Part shown: in pieces, positions 47,955 to 56,953 of the stretch
Numbering within the stretch: position 1 is the stretch's first letter
How the letters are laid out: each line of letters starts with the position of its first letter
DNA from: Actinomycetes bacterium
GTDB lineage: Bacteria > Actinomycetota > Acidimicrobiia > IMCC26256
Length of the DNA stretch: 64,000 bases
NCBI GenBank assembly: GCA_046075855.1
Contig: JBJTQX010000099.1
Coordinates: 35 to 64,034, forward strand
Direction: 5' to 3'
Notes under the pieces: model-generated
Told to the model about the DNA's origin: nothing
The model's database searches: none
Seen by the model: the letters and a program-made list of their open reading frames with translations, nothing else
Translations under genes and position numbers: made by a program

Positions 47955-48707
47955 TCAGTGGTGGACGAACTCGACCGAGAAGGCCCGGTGGGCCAACCAC
48001 CATGGGCGCGCTGCGGCGGCCGGGGTGCCGTTGATCGCGATCCAGCGCAGCGCCGGCGCTCGGGACAGGAGCCACTCGACGCCGGACGCCGTGACGGCCG
48101 TATGGGCCAAGGAGAGCCAGCGCAGGTTCGGCAGGCCCGCGAGCGACGCGAGCGCGGCGTCGGTGATCGGGGTGCCCCACAGGCTCAACCGGATGAGATC
48201 GTCGAGCCCGCCGAGCGCCGCCACGCCGGCATCCCCGATCCGGGTCGACGTGAGGCTCAGCCACTCGAGCCCCGCGAGCCCGCCGATGTTCGGACCCGAC
48301 GCATCCGTCAGATCGGTGCCGTAGAGGTCGAGGAACCGCAGGCCCGTGAGCCCCGCGAACCGACGGAAGCCTGCGTCACCGATCGGGTGCCGCACCAGGC
48401 TGAGTTCATCGAGCGCATGCGACGACCACTCGGCCACGGGGAGGAGCGCGGACCACGGCACCCTCGCCGCCCCGACCGCGAGCCGTGCGCACATCCCCTC
48501 CGGGACGATCACGGTGAACCGTGCCGTGTGCTCGGCGAGCGGCCGCACCTCGCGGAGTGCCGGGAGCGGTTCGCACGGATGGATCTCCACCGTGCCGATC
48601 GAAGCCCGACTCGAGAACGTGAGCCGCCGCTCGGGTCGGTGGATCGGCTTACCGGTGAGGTTGTGGGTGGCGGTGGTGATGGATGAGGTGGTGCGCAGGG
48701 TCGTCAT
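47955..48707 (-). CDS. Leucine-rich repeat protein
   Basis: About five 24-aa repeats LxxLxLxxTxIxDxxLxxL. Confidence 0.75.
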   Translation of the reverse strand: MTTLRTTSSITTATHNLTGKPIHRPERRLTFSSRASIGTVEIHPCEPLPALREVRPLAEHTARFTVIVPEGMCARLAVGAARVPWSALLPVAEWSSHALDELSLVRHPIGDAGFRRFAGLTGLRFLDLYGTDLTDASGPNIGGLAGLEWLSLTSTRIGDAGVAALGGLDDLIRLSLWGTPITDAALASLAGLPNLRWLSLAHTAVTASGVEWLLSRAPALRWIAINGTPAAAARPWWLAHRAFSVEFVHH

Positions 48708-48716
48708 GGGGGCCGC

Positions 48717-48744
48717 ATGATGGACGTCGTTCGTCTCGCGTCAA
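48717..48744 (-). promoter_or_regulatory. sigma70-type promoter for the LRR gene
   Basis: TTGACG-N16-CATCAT, 9 nt before the ATG. Confidence 0.5.
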
Positions 48745-48758
48745 GGGCGGACCCGGCG

Positions 48759-48782
48759 CTCGGACCCCAGAGGGGGTCCGAG
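48759..48782. repeat. Perfect inverted repeat (10-bp arms) in divergent promoter region
   Basis: CTCGGACCCC-agag-GGGGTCCGAG. Confidence 0.75.
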
Positions 48783-48942
48783 AAATTTCCGCGGCGCGCG
48801 CCACGCGATGCGCCGGGCGCCGAGCCCACAGGCCCGACGGCGAACCGGGCGAGGGCTGACCGACCGGGGTCGGCACGCGGCGGCTCGGGGCACGGCCCTA
48901 TGCTGCGCACGGTTCGCACCGTTCCGTCCCAGGAGGCACACC

Positions 48943-49854
48943 GTGCGCAAGATCCTCACCCGTCTGGGCCTCGTCGCCCTCGTCCTCGCCCTGGCCGCCT
49001 TCGGCCTCGCCGCCTGCTCGAGCGACGACGACTCGGCCAACTCCACATCGACGAGCGGCGGCTCCGCGTCGAAGTGCAGCGGCCCGGCGGACGCCTACGT
49101 CCCGACCATCGGCGACGCCGCGTCGTTCAAGCCGGTCGTCCCCGACACGCTCACGGTCGTGACGAGCCTCCCCGGTCCCGGCTTCTTCGAGGGTTCGGAC
49201 GACGACCCGACGAAGATCACCAGCGGTTACGAGTACGCCATCGCCAAGCAGCTCCAGGAGGCGTTCGGCCTTCGCAACCTCGTGATCCGCAACGAGAGCT
49301 TCGACGCGATCGTGGCCGGTCAGGTGAGTGACTACGACGTCTCGTTCTCGCAGATCTCGATCACCTGCGACCGGGCCAAGGTCGTCGACTTCTCGGTTCC
49401 CTACTTCCAGTCGAACCAGGGCGTGCTCGTGCGCAAGGGCACCGACCTCACGACCCTCGCCCAGGCCGAGAAGGCCCAGTGGGGCGTGCAGACCGGCACC
49501 ACCGCCATCGACCTGCTCGACACCATCAAGCCGGACAAGCAGCCGCGGGTGTACCAGCAGCTCCCCGACGGCTTCACCGCCCTCGAGGCCGGCCAGATCG
49601 ACGCCTTCCTCGTCGACACCGCCATCAACCTCGGTGAGGCGGCGCGCTCCGACGGCCGGTTCGCGGTCGTGTCGCAGTTCGAGCAGCCGGGCGGTCCCGA
49701 CCAGTACGGCGCGATCATCCCGAAGGGCTCGAAGAACGCGGGCGCCATCAACGCCGTGCTGAAGCAGCTCCAGGACGACGGCACGATCGAGCAGCTGGCG
49801 AACGAGAACCTGACCGCCACGCCCGACAACATCCCGGTCATCACGATCAAGTGA
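48943..49854 (+). CDS. Polar amino-acid ABC transporter substrate-binding lipoprotein
   Basis: AGGAGG RBS, LAAC lipobox, SQISIT.DR..VVDFS.PY, GVQTGTT. Confidence 0.9.
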   Translation: MRKILTRLGLVALVLALAAFGLAACSSDDDSANSTSTSGGSASKCSGPADAYVPTIGDAASFKPVVPDTLTVVTSLPGPGFFEGSDDDPTKITSGYEYAIAKQLQEAFGLRNLVIRNESFDAIVAGQVSDYDVSFSQISITCDRAKVVDFSVPYFQSNQGVLVRKGTDLTTLAQAEKAQWGVQTGTTAIDLLDTIKPDKQPRVYQQLPDGFTALEAGQIDAFLVDTAINLGEAARSDGRFAVVSQFEQPGGPDQYGAIIPKGSKNAGAINAVLKQLQDDGTIEQLANENLTATPDNIPVITIK

Positions 49855-51005
49855 CGACGCCGGCGTCCGAGCAATCGGACGCACCCGGTCAACTGCTGGC
49901 AACGCCCGACGCCACCCGGCGTCGGGCGTTGCCCGCGTTCCGCGGCAACCTCGGCGTCGCATCGGGGTTCCTCCTCGCGGCGCTGGGGGTCGTCGCCTTC
50001 ACCTGGTGGGCGCTCTGGTCCTACGCGGCCTCGGTCGCGGTCACCGGCGGGGGTCGGACGGTGATCCGAACCGTCGCCGTCCTCCTCGGCATCCTGGCCG
50101 TCGCAGTTCCGGCCTACGGGGTGCGGGGCTTCGCCCGTGCGCTCCGGGCCCGGGCTGCCGCCGGTCGCGGCGACCTCGCCCGCGCCCGCATCCTCGCCGA
50201 GGACGCTCGTGACGCGATGTGGTTCGTCGTCGGACTCGGCCTCACCGCACTCGCGGTCGGCTTCCTCGCCTACCTGCTCGCCGCCAACGACGGAGCGTTG
50301 CGCCGAGTCATGTTCGACTGGGACCTCATGTGGCGCGGGCGCACCGCACTGTGGCGGGGCTTCCTGCTCAACGTGAAGATCTTCGTGGCCGCCCAGGTCC
50401 TCGTGCTGGTCTGGGCGCTCATCGTCGCCGTGGTGCGCATGCTCCCGGGTCGGGCCTGCGCGCCGGTCCGGTTGCTCGCGATCGTCTACACCGATCTCTT
50501 CCGCGGCGTTCCTGCGATCATCGTGATCTTCCTCATCGTGCTCGGGTTCGGGCTCGCCGACGTTCCGGTGTTCGACGCGATGTCGAAGGACAACCAGATC
50601 TTCTGGCTCGTGGTGCTCGCGCTCACGCTCGTGTACGGCGCCTACGTGGCCGAGGTGTACCGAGCCGGGCTCGAGAGCATCCACTGGAGCCAGACCGCAG
50701 CGGCCCGATCCCTCGGACTCTCGCAGTGGCAGACCCTGCGGTACGTGGTGATCCCCCAGGCCGTGCGCCGGGTGCTCCCGCCACTGCTCAACGATGCGGT
50801 GGCCCTGCAGAAGGACACTGCGCTCGCGTCCATCGTCGGGGTCGTCGAGGTCCTCGGCACCGCGCAGCTCCTGAAGTCGAAGTACTTCAACCTCTCCCCG
50901 GTGACCGCCTCGGCCCTGTTCTTCCTGGACATCACCATCCCGTTCACCCGCCTCGTCGACCACCTCATCGCCCGGGATCGCCGACGGACGCAGGGGGGAT
51001 CGTGA
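49851..51005 (+). CDS. Amino-acid ABC transporter permease (N-terminally extended)
   Basis: FRGVP, AYVAEVYRAG, AARSLGLS, PQAVR, KDTAL. Confidence 0.9.
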   Translation: MTTPASEQSDAPGQLLATPDATRRRALPAFRGNLGVASGFLLAALGVVAFTWWALWSYAASVAVTGGGRTVIRTVAVLLGILAVAVPAYGVRGFARALRARAAAGRGDLARARILAEDARDAMWFVVGLGLTALAVGFLAYLLAANDGALRRVMFDWDLMWRGRTALWRGFLLNVKIFVAAQVLVLVWALIVAVVRMLPGRACAPVRLLAIVYTDLFRGVPAIIVIFLIVLGFGLADVPVFDAMSKDNQIFWLVVLALTLVYGAYVAEVYRAGLESIHWSQTAAARSLGLSQWQTLRYVVIPQAVRRVLPPLLNDAVALQKDTALASIVGVVEVLGTAQLLKSKYFNLSPVTASALFFLDITIPFTRLVDHLIARDRRRTQGGS

Positions 51006-51745
51006 GCTTCCTCGAGATCGACGCGGTCGAGAAGTGGTACGGCGACCAGCAGGTGCTGCGCGGGGTGAGCCTCGACGTGGAGATGCACGAGGTGGTCTGC
51101 CTCATCGGTCCGTCGGGCTGCGGCAAGTCGACGCTGCTGCGCTGCATCAACGCGCTCGAGCCCATCCAGGGCGGCGAGATCCGCATCGACGGCCAGCGGA
51201 TCACCGGCCGCGGGGTCGACATCGACGCGGTGCGCCAGGACGTCGGCAAGGTGTTCCAGTCCTACAACCTGTTCCCGCACATGGACGTGCTCGCGAACAT
51301 CACGCTCGCGCCGCGCAAGGTGCTCAAGGAGCCGCGCCGCGAGGCGGAGGCCCGGGCACTCGACCTGCTCGGCCGCATCGGCCTCGCCGACAAGGCCCAC
51401 GAGTACCCCGACCGACTCTCGGGCGGTCAGCAGCAGCGGGTCGCGATCGTGCGGGCCCTGGCCATGCAGCCCCGGGTCCTGCTGCTCGACGAGATCACGA
51501 GCGCGCTCGACCCCGAGTTGGTCTCGGAGGTCCTCGGCATCGTTCGGGAACTGGCCCACGAGGGGATGACGATGCTGCTCGCCACCCACGAGATGTCCTT
51601 CGCCCGTGAGGTCGCCAACACCGTGTGCTTCCTCGACGGCGGCCTGATCGTCGAGCGGGGCGGACCCGAGCAGATCTTCACCGCGCCCGAGAACCCGCGC
51701 ACGGCCGAGTTCCTGCGACGGGTGCTCGAGTCGCGCGGCCTCTGA
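51002..51745 (+). CDS. Amino-acid ABC transporter ATP-binding protein
   Basis: GPSGCGKS, LSGGQQQR, LLDE, THEM. Confidence 0.93.
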   Translation: MSFLEIDAVEKWYGDQQVLRGVSLDVEMHEVVCLIGPSGCGKSTLLRCINALEPIQGGEIRIDGQRITGRGVDIDAVRQDVGKVFQSYNLFPHMDVLANITLAPRKVLKEPRREAEARALDLLGRIGLADKAHEYPDRLSGGQQQRVAIVRALAMQPRVLLLDEITSALDPELVSEVLGIVRELAHEGMTMLLATHEMSFAREVANTVCFLDGGLIVERGGPEQIFTAPENPRTAEFLRRVLESRGL

Positions 51746-51749
51746 CGGC

Positions 51750-52220
51750 TCAGTCGATCCGTTCGCAGGTCGCGGTGAAGCCGAGGTAGGCCCACCGCAT
51801 CGACGCGCCCTCACGCCATCGGCGCACCTCGACCGGCAGCCCGACCGGGCGCAGCACGTGCACGCCGTCCTCGTAGGACGCGATCACCGTGATGGGAGTC
51901 GTGTGGTCGAACTCGGCGACGTCGTGCACCCCGCCCACCTCGGTGCCATCGCAGCGCATGTCGTGGATGATCCCGCCCGCCGTCACCACCAGACGGTCGC
52001 CGGCCTGCTCGATGCGCTGCACGAGGCCGAGCACACGGTGCTCGGGGTCCTCGACCCCGTCCACCTCCGCGGCGACCACGCGCCACAGCCCCCGGAGATC
52101 GGGTGCACCCGGGGCGAGCGGGTCCGAGCATCCCGCGAGCACCGGCGGCGGCATCTCACCCCGCCAGCCGCCGGTCGGCGTGTACGCGACCGGGATGTCG
52201 TCCACCGTCGGACCGGGCAC
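51750..52220 (-). CDS. Conserved hypothetical protein
   Basis: APDLRGLW, QRIEQAGDR, GIIHDMRCDGT; fills the gap with plausible codon usage. Confidence 0.65.
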   Translation of the reverse strand: MPGPTVDDIPVAYTPTGGWRGEMPPPVLAGCSDPLAPGAPDLRGLWRVVAAEVDGVEDPEHRVLGLVQRIEQAGDRLVVTAGGIIHDMRCDGTEVGGVHDVAEFDHTTPITVIASYEDGVHVLRPVGLPVEVRRWREGASMRWAYLGFTATCERID

Positions 52221-52332
52221 TGCGCACCTCCAGGTCGGCCGCCCGCGCCGGTTGCCGCGGGACCGGCCGGACGCTAGGTTCTGGCACTTCGAGTGTCAAT
52301 ACTCGCCGACCGCCGATCCGAGGAGCAGCAGC

Positions 52333-53433
52333 GTGCAGATCGAAGTCCTCCGCGACGACCTCCACCGGGTGCGGGCCGTCGAGCCGACCGACGCACCCCT
52401 CGCCCCCGGCGACGCGCGGATCCGCGTCGAGTCCTTCGCGCTCTCGGCCAACAACATCTCGTACGCCGCGTTCGGCGACGCGCTGCGCTACTGGGACTTC
52501 TTCCCCGCGGCAGCCGCGCCCGACGGTGAGCTGTGGGGTCGCATCCCGGTCTGGGGGTTCGGCCGGGTCACCGAGACCGCGTCGCCGGACCTCTCGGTCG
52601 GCGAGCGGCTCTACGGCTACTGGCCGATGGGCTCCGACCTCGACATCACGCCGGGGCGGGCCGACGCCCGCGGGGTGTCCGACCTCGCGCCCCACCGGGC
52701 GGCCATGGCCGGTGCGTACAGCCGGTACCTGCGCGTCGCGGCCGACCCGATGCTGGCGGCCGGGCGCGAGGACCACCAGATGCTGCTCTTCCCGCTCTTC
52801 TACACCTCGTTCCTCGTCGACGACTTCCTCGCCGACAACGACGACTTCGGCGCGACCTGCGTCGTCGTGTCGAGCGCCTCCGCGAAGACCGCGATCGGCG
52901 TCGGGCACCGCGCGCGAACGCGCGGGCGGCGCTGCGTCGGACTCACCTCGCCCGGGAACCTCGAGTTCACCACCTCGCTCGGCGTCTACGACGAGGTCGT
53001 CACCTACGGCGAGGTCGGCGGCCTCACGACCGGCCCGACCGCCTACGTGGACGTCGCGGGCGACGCTGCGGTGACCCGATCGGTCCACGAGCACTTCGCC
53101 GAGGGGCTCACCCACTCGATGGTGGTCGGAGGTACGCACTGGGACCAGCCGCCCGACACGACCGGCGAGGCCCTCCCCGGACCGCGCCCCGCCTTCTTCT
53201 TCGCCCCGACCCAGATCGCGAAGCGGGTCGCCGAGTGGGGCCAGGAGGAGATGGACGCCCGGCTCGGCGCGGCCTGGACCGACTACGCGACCTGGTGTGA
53301 CAGCTGGATCCGCTTCGAGCGCTCGGTCGGCCCCGACGCGGTCACCGACGTCTACCGTTCGCTGCTCGAGGCGCGCACCGACCCCCGCGTCGGCGCCATC
53401 TGCACCCTCGATCCCGCCGCGGCGGGTCACTGA
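52333..53433 (+). CDS. DUF2855 family protein
   Basis: FALSANNISYA, YWDFFP, PVWGF, SASAKTA, FFFAP. Confidence 0.85.
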   Translation: MQIEVLRDDLHRVRAVEPTDAPLAPGDARIRVESFALSANNISYAAFGDALRYWDFFPAAAAPDGELWGRIPVWGFGRVTETASPDLSVGERLYGYWPMGSDLDITPGRADARGVSDLAPHRAAMAGAYSRYLRVAADPMLAAGREDHQMLLFPLFYTSFLVDDFLADNDDFGATCVVVSSASAKTAIGVGHRARTRGRRCVGLTSPGNLEFTTSLGVYDEVVTYGEVGGLTTGPTAYVDVAGDAAVTRSVHEHFAEGLTHSMVVGGTHWDQPPDTTGEALPGPRPAFFFAPTQIAKRVAEWGQEEMDARLGAAWTDYATWCDSWIRFERSVGPDAVTDVYRSLLEARTDPRVGAICTLDPAAAGH

Positions 53434-53447
53434 GACGGGAGATCACC

Positions 53448-54272
53448 GTGGAGCTCACCGACCGCACCGCCGTCGTCACCGGCGCCGCCTCGGGGATCGG
53501 CCTCGCCCTGACCGAGCGCCTGCTCGACGAGGGCATGTCCGTGGTGATGGCCGACGTCGAGGCCGACCGCCTCGCCACCGCGGCGGCGGGACTCGCCGAT
53601 CGGGGCGCCCGCGTCCGAGCGGTCACGGTCGACGTGGCCGACCCCGCCCAGGTCGAGGCCCTGCGCGACGAGGCCCTCGCCGCGTTCGGCGCGGTCCACC
53701 TGCTCGCCAACCACGCGGGCGTCGCCGCGGGCATGCCCAACTGGCGCACGCCGCCGGCGGTCTACGAGTGGGTCGTCGGTGTGAACCTCCTCGGCGTCGC
53801 CTACGGCGTGAGCGCGTTCGCGCCGCTCATGGTCGAGCAGGGCGTCGGCCACATCGTGAACACCGCCTCGGAGGCCGGGCTCTCCGCGACCCCGATGCTC
53901 GGCTCGTACCACGCCACGAAGTACGCGGTGGTGGGGCTCTCCGAGGCGCTCTCGATGGAGCTCGCGGACACCGGCGTCGGCGTGTCCTGCCTCTGCCCGG
54001 AGCTCGTGCGCACGAAGATCTTCGAGGCCACCCGCAACGCCCCCGAGTCGACCGGGCTCCCCCAGCCCCCGGAGATCCCGATGGAGACCATCGAGGGCTT
54101 CATGCGCACCGTCGCGATGGACCCGCGCGACGTTGCGGGCCAGGTGGTCTACGCGGTGCGGGCGAACCGGTTCTGGATCATCACCCACTCGGTGACCCGC
54201 ACCCGGGTGGCCGAGCGCAACGCCGACCTCGACGCGCAGCGCAACCCGCGCTCCCCCTTCGGCGCTCGCTGA
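53448..54272 (+). CDS. SDR family oxidoreductase
   Basis: TGAASGIG, NTASEAG, YHATK. Confidence 0.9.
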   Translation: MELTDRTAVVTGAASGIGLALTERLLDEGMSVVMADVEADRLATAAAGLADRGARVRAVTVDVADPAQVEALRDEALAAFGAVHLLANHAGVAAGMPNWRTPPAVYEWVVGVNLLGVAYGVSAFAPLMVEQGVGHIVNTASEAGLSATPMLGSYHATKYAVVGLSEALSMELADTGVGVSCLCPELVRTKIFEATRNAPESTGLPQPPEIPMETIEGFMRTVAMDPRDVAGQVVYAVRANRFWIITHSVTRTRVAERNADLDAQRNPRSPFGAR

Positions 54273-54276
54273 CCCC

Positions 54277-55218
54277 TCAGCACGCGATCCCCATCCGGCG
54301 GGCGATCACCTCGAGGCAGTCCTCGGGTGCATCGGCCTGCACGAAGTGCCCTGCGTCGGGGATGCGGTCGAGAGTGGCCCCCGGGATGCGCGCCGCCCAC
54401 GCCTCGGCCTGCTCGTAGGGGAAGACCGGGTCGGCGTCGCCGAACGCGACGTGGATCGGGCAACCGGTCCACTCGGCGAGCGCCCGTTCGCAGCGGGCCT
54501 GCTCCACCGCACCGCCGACCTCGGGCGATCCGAACGGGATCATGGCCGGGAAGGCCCGGGCACCGGCCTTCGTCTCGGGCCCGTCGAACGGTGCGTCGAA
54601 CGCCGCGGCGATGGCGTCCGGATCCGCGTGCTGCCGGCGCATCGTGCCGGCCACGATGCGCCCGGTCGGCATGTCGCCACCGAGCACCGTCGGATCCATC
54701 GCGGCCTCGCGCCACCACCGCACGCCGTCGGAGTACGGGAAGTCGTCGCGGTGCAGCCAGGTGTTGAGGATGAGGATGCGGGAGAACCGCTCCGGTTCGT
54801 CCACCGCCTGCCGCAGCCCGATCGGCCCGGCCCAGTCCTGCACGACGAGGTGCACGTCGCGCAGGTCGAGCGCGTGCACGACGGCGCGCAGCGCGGCGCA
54901 GTGCCGTTCGTAGGAGTACCAGGCGTCCTCGGTGGGCTTGTCACTGCGTCCGAAGCCGGGGAGGTCCGGAGCGACGCAGCGGTACCCGGCCGCGGTGAGC
55001 CGCGGGATCCAGCGCTCGTAGAGCAGGGCCCACGACGGCTCGCCGTGGAGCAGGAGGAAGGTGCCCCGCTCCGTGCCGTCGGCCGGAGCGTCGGTCGCGT
55101 GGATGCCGAGCGTCCCCTCAACCTCGGGCGCATCCCAGTCGACGACCCGCGTCGGCCAGGCCGCGGCGAACGGCACGTCCGCGAAGTTCGACGGTGAGGT
55201 GCGCACGACGGGAACCAT
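54277..55218 (-). CDS. Haloalkane dehalogenase-like alpha/beta hydrolase
   Basis: HGEPSW, GFGRSDKP, QDWAG, HFVQAD. Confidence 0.85.
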   Translation of the reverse strand: MVPVVRTSPSNFADVPFAAAWPTRVVDWDAPEVEGTLGIHATDAPADGTERGTFLLLHGEPSWALLYERWIPRLTAAGYRCVAPDLPGFGRSDKPTEDAWYSYERHCAALRAVVHALDLRDVHLVVQDWAGPIGLRQAVDEPERFSRILILNTWLHRDDFPYSDGVRWWREAAMDPTVLGGDMPTGRIVAGTMRRQHADPDAIAAAFDAPFDGPETKAGARAFPAMIPFGSPEVGGAVEQARCERALAEWTGCPIHVAFGDADPVFPYEQAEAWAARIPGATLDRIPDAGHFVQADAPEDCLEVIARRMGIAC

Positions 55219-55251
55219 GACCCGAACGTAGCCGGGTCGCGCGCCCGCTCC

Positions 55252-56718
55252 TCAGTTCGGCCAGCCGCGCTCCAGCACCTCGACGAAGGTCGAGTTCAGC
55301 AGCTCGGCCCGCGGCCAGCGCTCGGTCAGCCACGCGTGCGCCTCGGCCGCGGTCCAGCCGAACCGGCGCATCGCCCAGGCCTCGAGCACGAACGCGGTGC
55401 GGCTCCGACCGCCGTGGCAGTGCACGAGCACCGGGCGATCCGGGTCCTCCGCGAGCAGCGTGTCGATGGTGTCGACGACATCGGTGAGGACGCGCACCGG
55501 ATCCGCGTTGTGCTGCGCACCGGAGCGATCCACGAGGTACACCTGCCGTCGCACCGGTCGACGGTCGAAGGTCCACGGCGTGCGGCACAGCGAGATGACC
55601 GCCCAGTCGTTCCCGGCCGTGGCCGCGCCGAGCAGGTCGGCGGCGTGGAGCGGGAACTCGTCGTGCACCCGCGTCGGGCCGCCGGCGGTGTCGTTGGCCT
55701 GGTCGGGCACGTCGCCCTTGCCGAGCAGGGCGCGGGCGACGCGCTGGAGCGACCGGTGGTCGTACACGACGGTGGGGTCGCCGCGCCGGTTCTCCGGCCC
55801 GACCTTCCCCGAGTGCGCGCCGCTCACCGCCACCTCGGCCGGCACGGTCATCCAGCCGTGCACGTAGGTGAGCCACCGGCTCGGGATGCCCTGGATCCCC
55901 CAGCGCGCGCCGGCGATCGACCCGGCGACGCAGGCCACCGTGTCGGTGTCGCGCCCGAGGTCGATGGCCCGGGCGAGCGCCGCCTCGAAGTCGGTGGCCT
56001 GCCGCACCGCCCACACCGCCTGCGCGAGGCAGGTGAACACGTCACCGTTGCTCGTGCCCGGCTCGGGTTCGTAGTCCGGCGCGAGCAACGGGGCCCACCG
56101 TTCGCGCGCCTGCGGCGGCAGCACCTCGAGCACCTCGTCGATCGCCGCGAACACATCGCGGCCGTGCAGGCCGGCCCGCAGCATCCCCGCGTGGATCGCC
56201 GCACCGAAGCCGTTGTGCTCGTCGTGGTGGGTGAGCGTGGCCTGCGCAGTGGCCAGCGCCACCATGTCCTCGAGCGTCGCGTCGGCGGTCCAGAGCGCGA
56301 CGGGCGTGTTGCGCATCACCGACCCGTTGCCCGCGCTCATCCGCCCGTTCGACTCGTGCACCGCGAGCGCCGCGCCCTCGTGGTGCGGGCGGCTCAGCAC
56401 CTGTCGCGTCTGGTTGCCGACATCGTTGGCCGCGGACTTCCAGGCCACCCAGCGGGCCCAGAGATCGTCCGCGTCGAACCCGCCGCAGGCGATGAGGGAC
56501 TCGGCGAGGCCGAGGGCCATCTGCGTATCGTCCGTGAACTCCCCCGGGGCCCACCCCCCGCCACCGGTGAGTTCCCCGGCTCCGCCGAGCACCGGCTGCG
56601 GGAACCTGGCGGTGTACTCGCCCACGGCGTGCGTGAACTCGAAGGGCGCGCCGAGGGCGTCGCCGACGGCGGCGCCCACGAGCGCCCCGATCGCGTGCTG
56701 CGTGCTGATGTCGACCAT
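55252..56718 (-). CDS. ADP-ribosylglycohydrolase fused to a PTP/DSP-like phosphatase domain
   Basis: GDALG, TDDTQM, GNGSVMR, DTDT (ARH); HCHGGRSRT (CX5R). Confidence 0.85.
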   Translation of the reverse strand: MVDISTQHAIGALVGAAVGDALGAPFEFTHAVGEYTARFPQPVLGGAGELTGGGGWAPGEFTDDTQMALGLAESLIACGGFDADDLWARWVAWKSAANDVGNQTRQVLSRPHHEGAALAVHESNGRMSAGNGSVMRNTPVALWTADATLEDMVALATAQATLTHHDEHNGFGAAIHAGMLRAGLHGRDVFAAIDEVLEVLPPQARERWAPLLAPDYEPEPGTSNGDVFTCLAQAVWAVRQATDFEAALARAIDLGRDTDTVACVAGSIAGARWGIQGIPSRWLTYVHGWMTVPAEVAVSGAHSGKVGPENRRGDPTVVYDHRSLQRVARALLGKGDVPDQANDTAGGPTRVHDEFPLHAADLLGAATAGNDWAVISLCRTPWTFDRRPVRRQVYLVDRSGAQHNADPVRVLTDVVDTIDTLLAEDPDRPVLVHCHGGRSRTAFVLEAWAMRRFGWTAAEAHAWLTERWPRAELLNSTFVEVLERGWPN

Positions 56719-56812
56719 GCCTGCCCCCGTCGTCGATGCCGAGCGCCTTCCCAACCTGCTCGTTCCGCACCGTATTCCGACCGGCTGCGGGCTCGCCGGG
56801 CCGGTGCGGGCC

Positions 56813-56834
56813 TGTCACACCCCCGGCCTACGGT
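56813..56834 (+). promoter_or_regulatory. PafBC/RecA-NDp-like promoter
   Basis: TGTCAC-N10-TA-N3-T, the spacing of the mycobacterial TGTCRG-N10-TANNNT motif. Confidence 0.45.
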
Positions 56835-56857
56835 GCCCGTGCTCCCCCGAGCAGCGA

Positions 56858-56945
56858 CTCATCCAGAACGCCCCGAGAGATCCGGCTCGATGAAGGGCTG
56901 GCAACCGACCCATGCGGGCACGGTGCCAACGCCGGAACCGATGAG
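56858..56945 (+). ncRNA. SAM-I riboswitch (P4-less variant)
   Basis: P1 CTCATC/GATGAG; ATCCAGA; P2 GCCC/GGGC with GA..TGA kink-turn; P3 GGCAACCG/CGGTGCC; pseudoknot TCCGGC/GCCGGA. Confidence 0.88.
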
Positions 56946-56953
56946 GAGGCACC

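Noticed and set aside
47955-47957. Selenocysteine readthrough at the LRR/EAL TGA
   Set aside because: Not at a redox Cys-equivalent position and no convincing SECIS-like hairpin was seen
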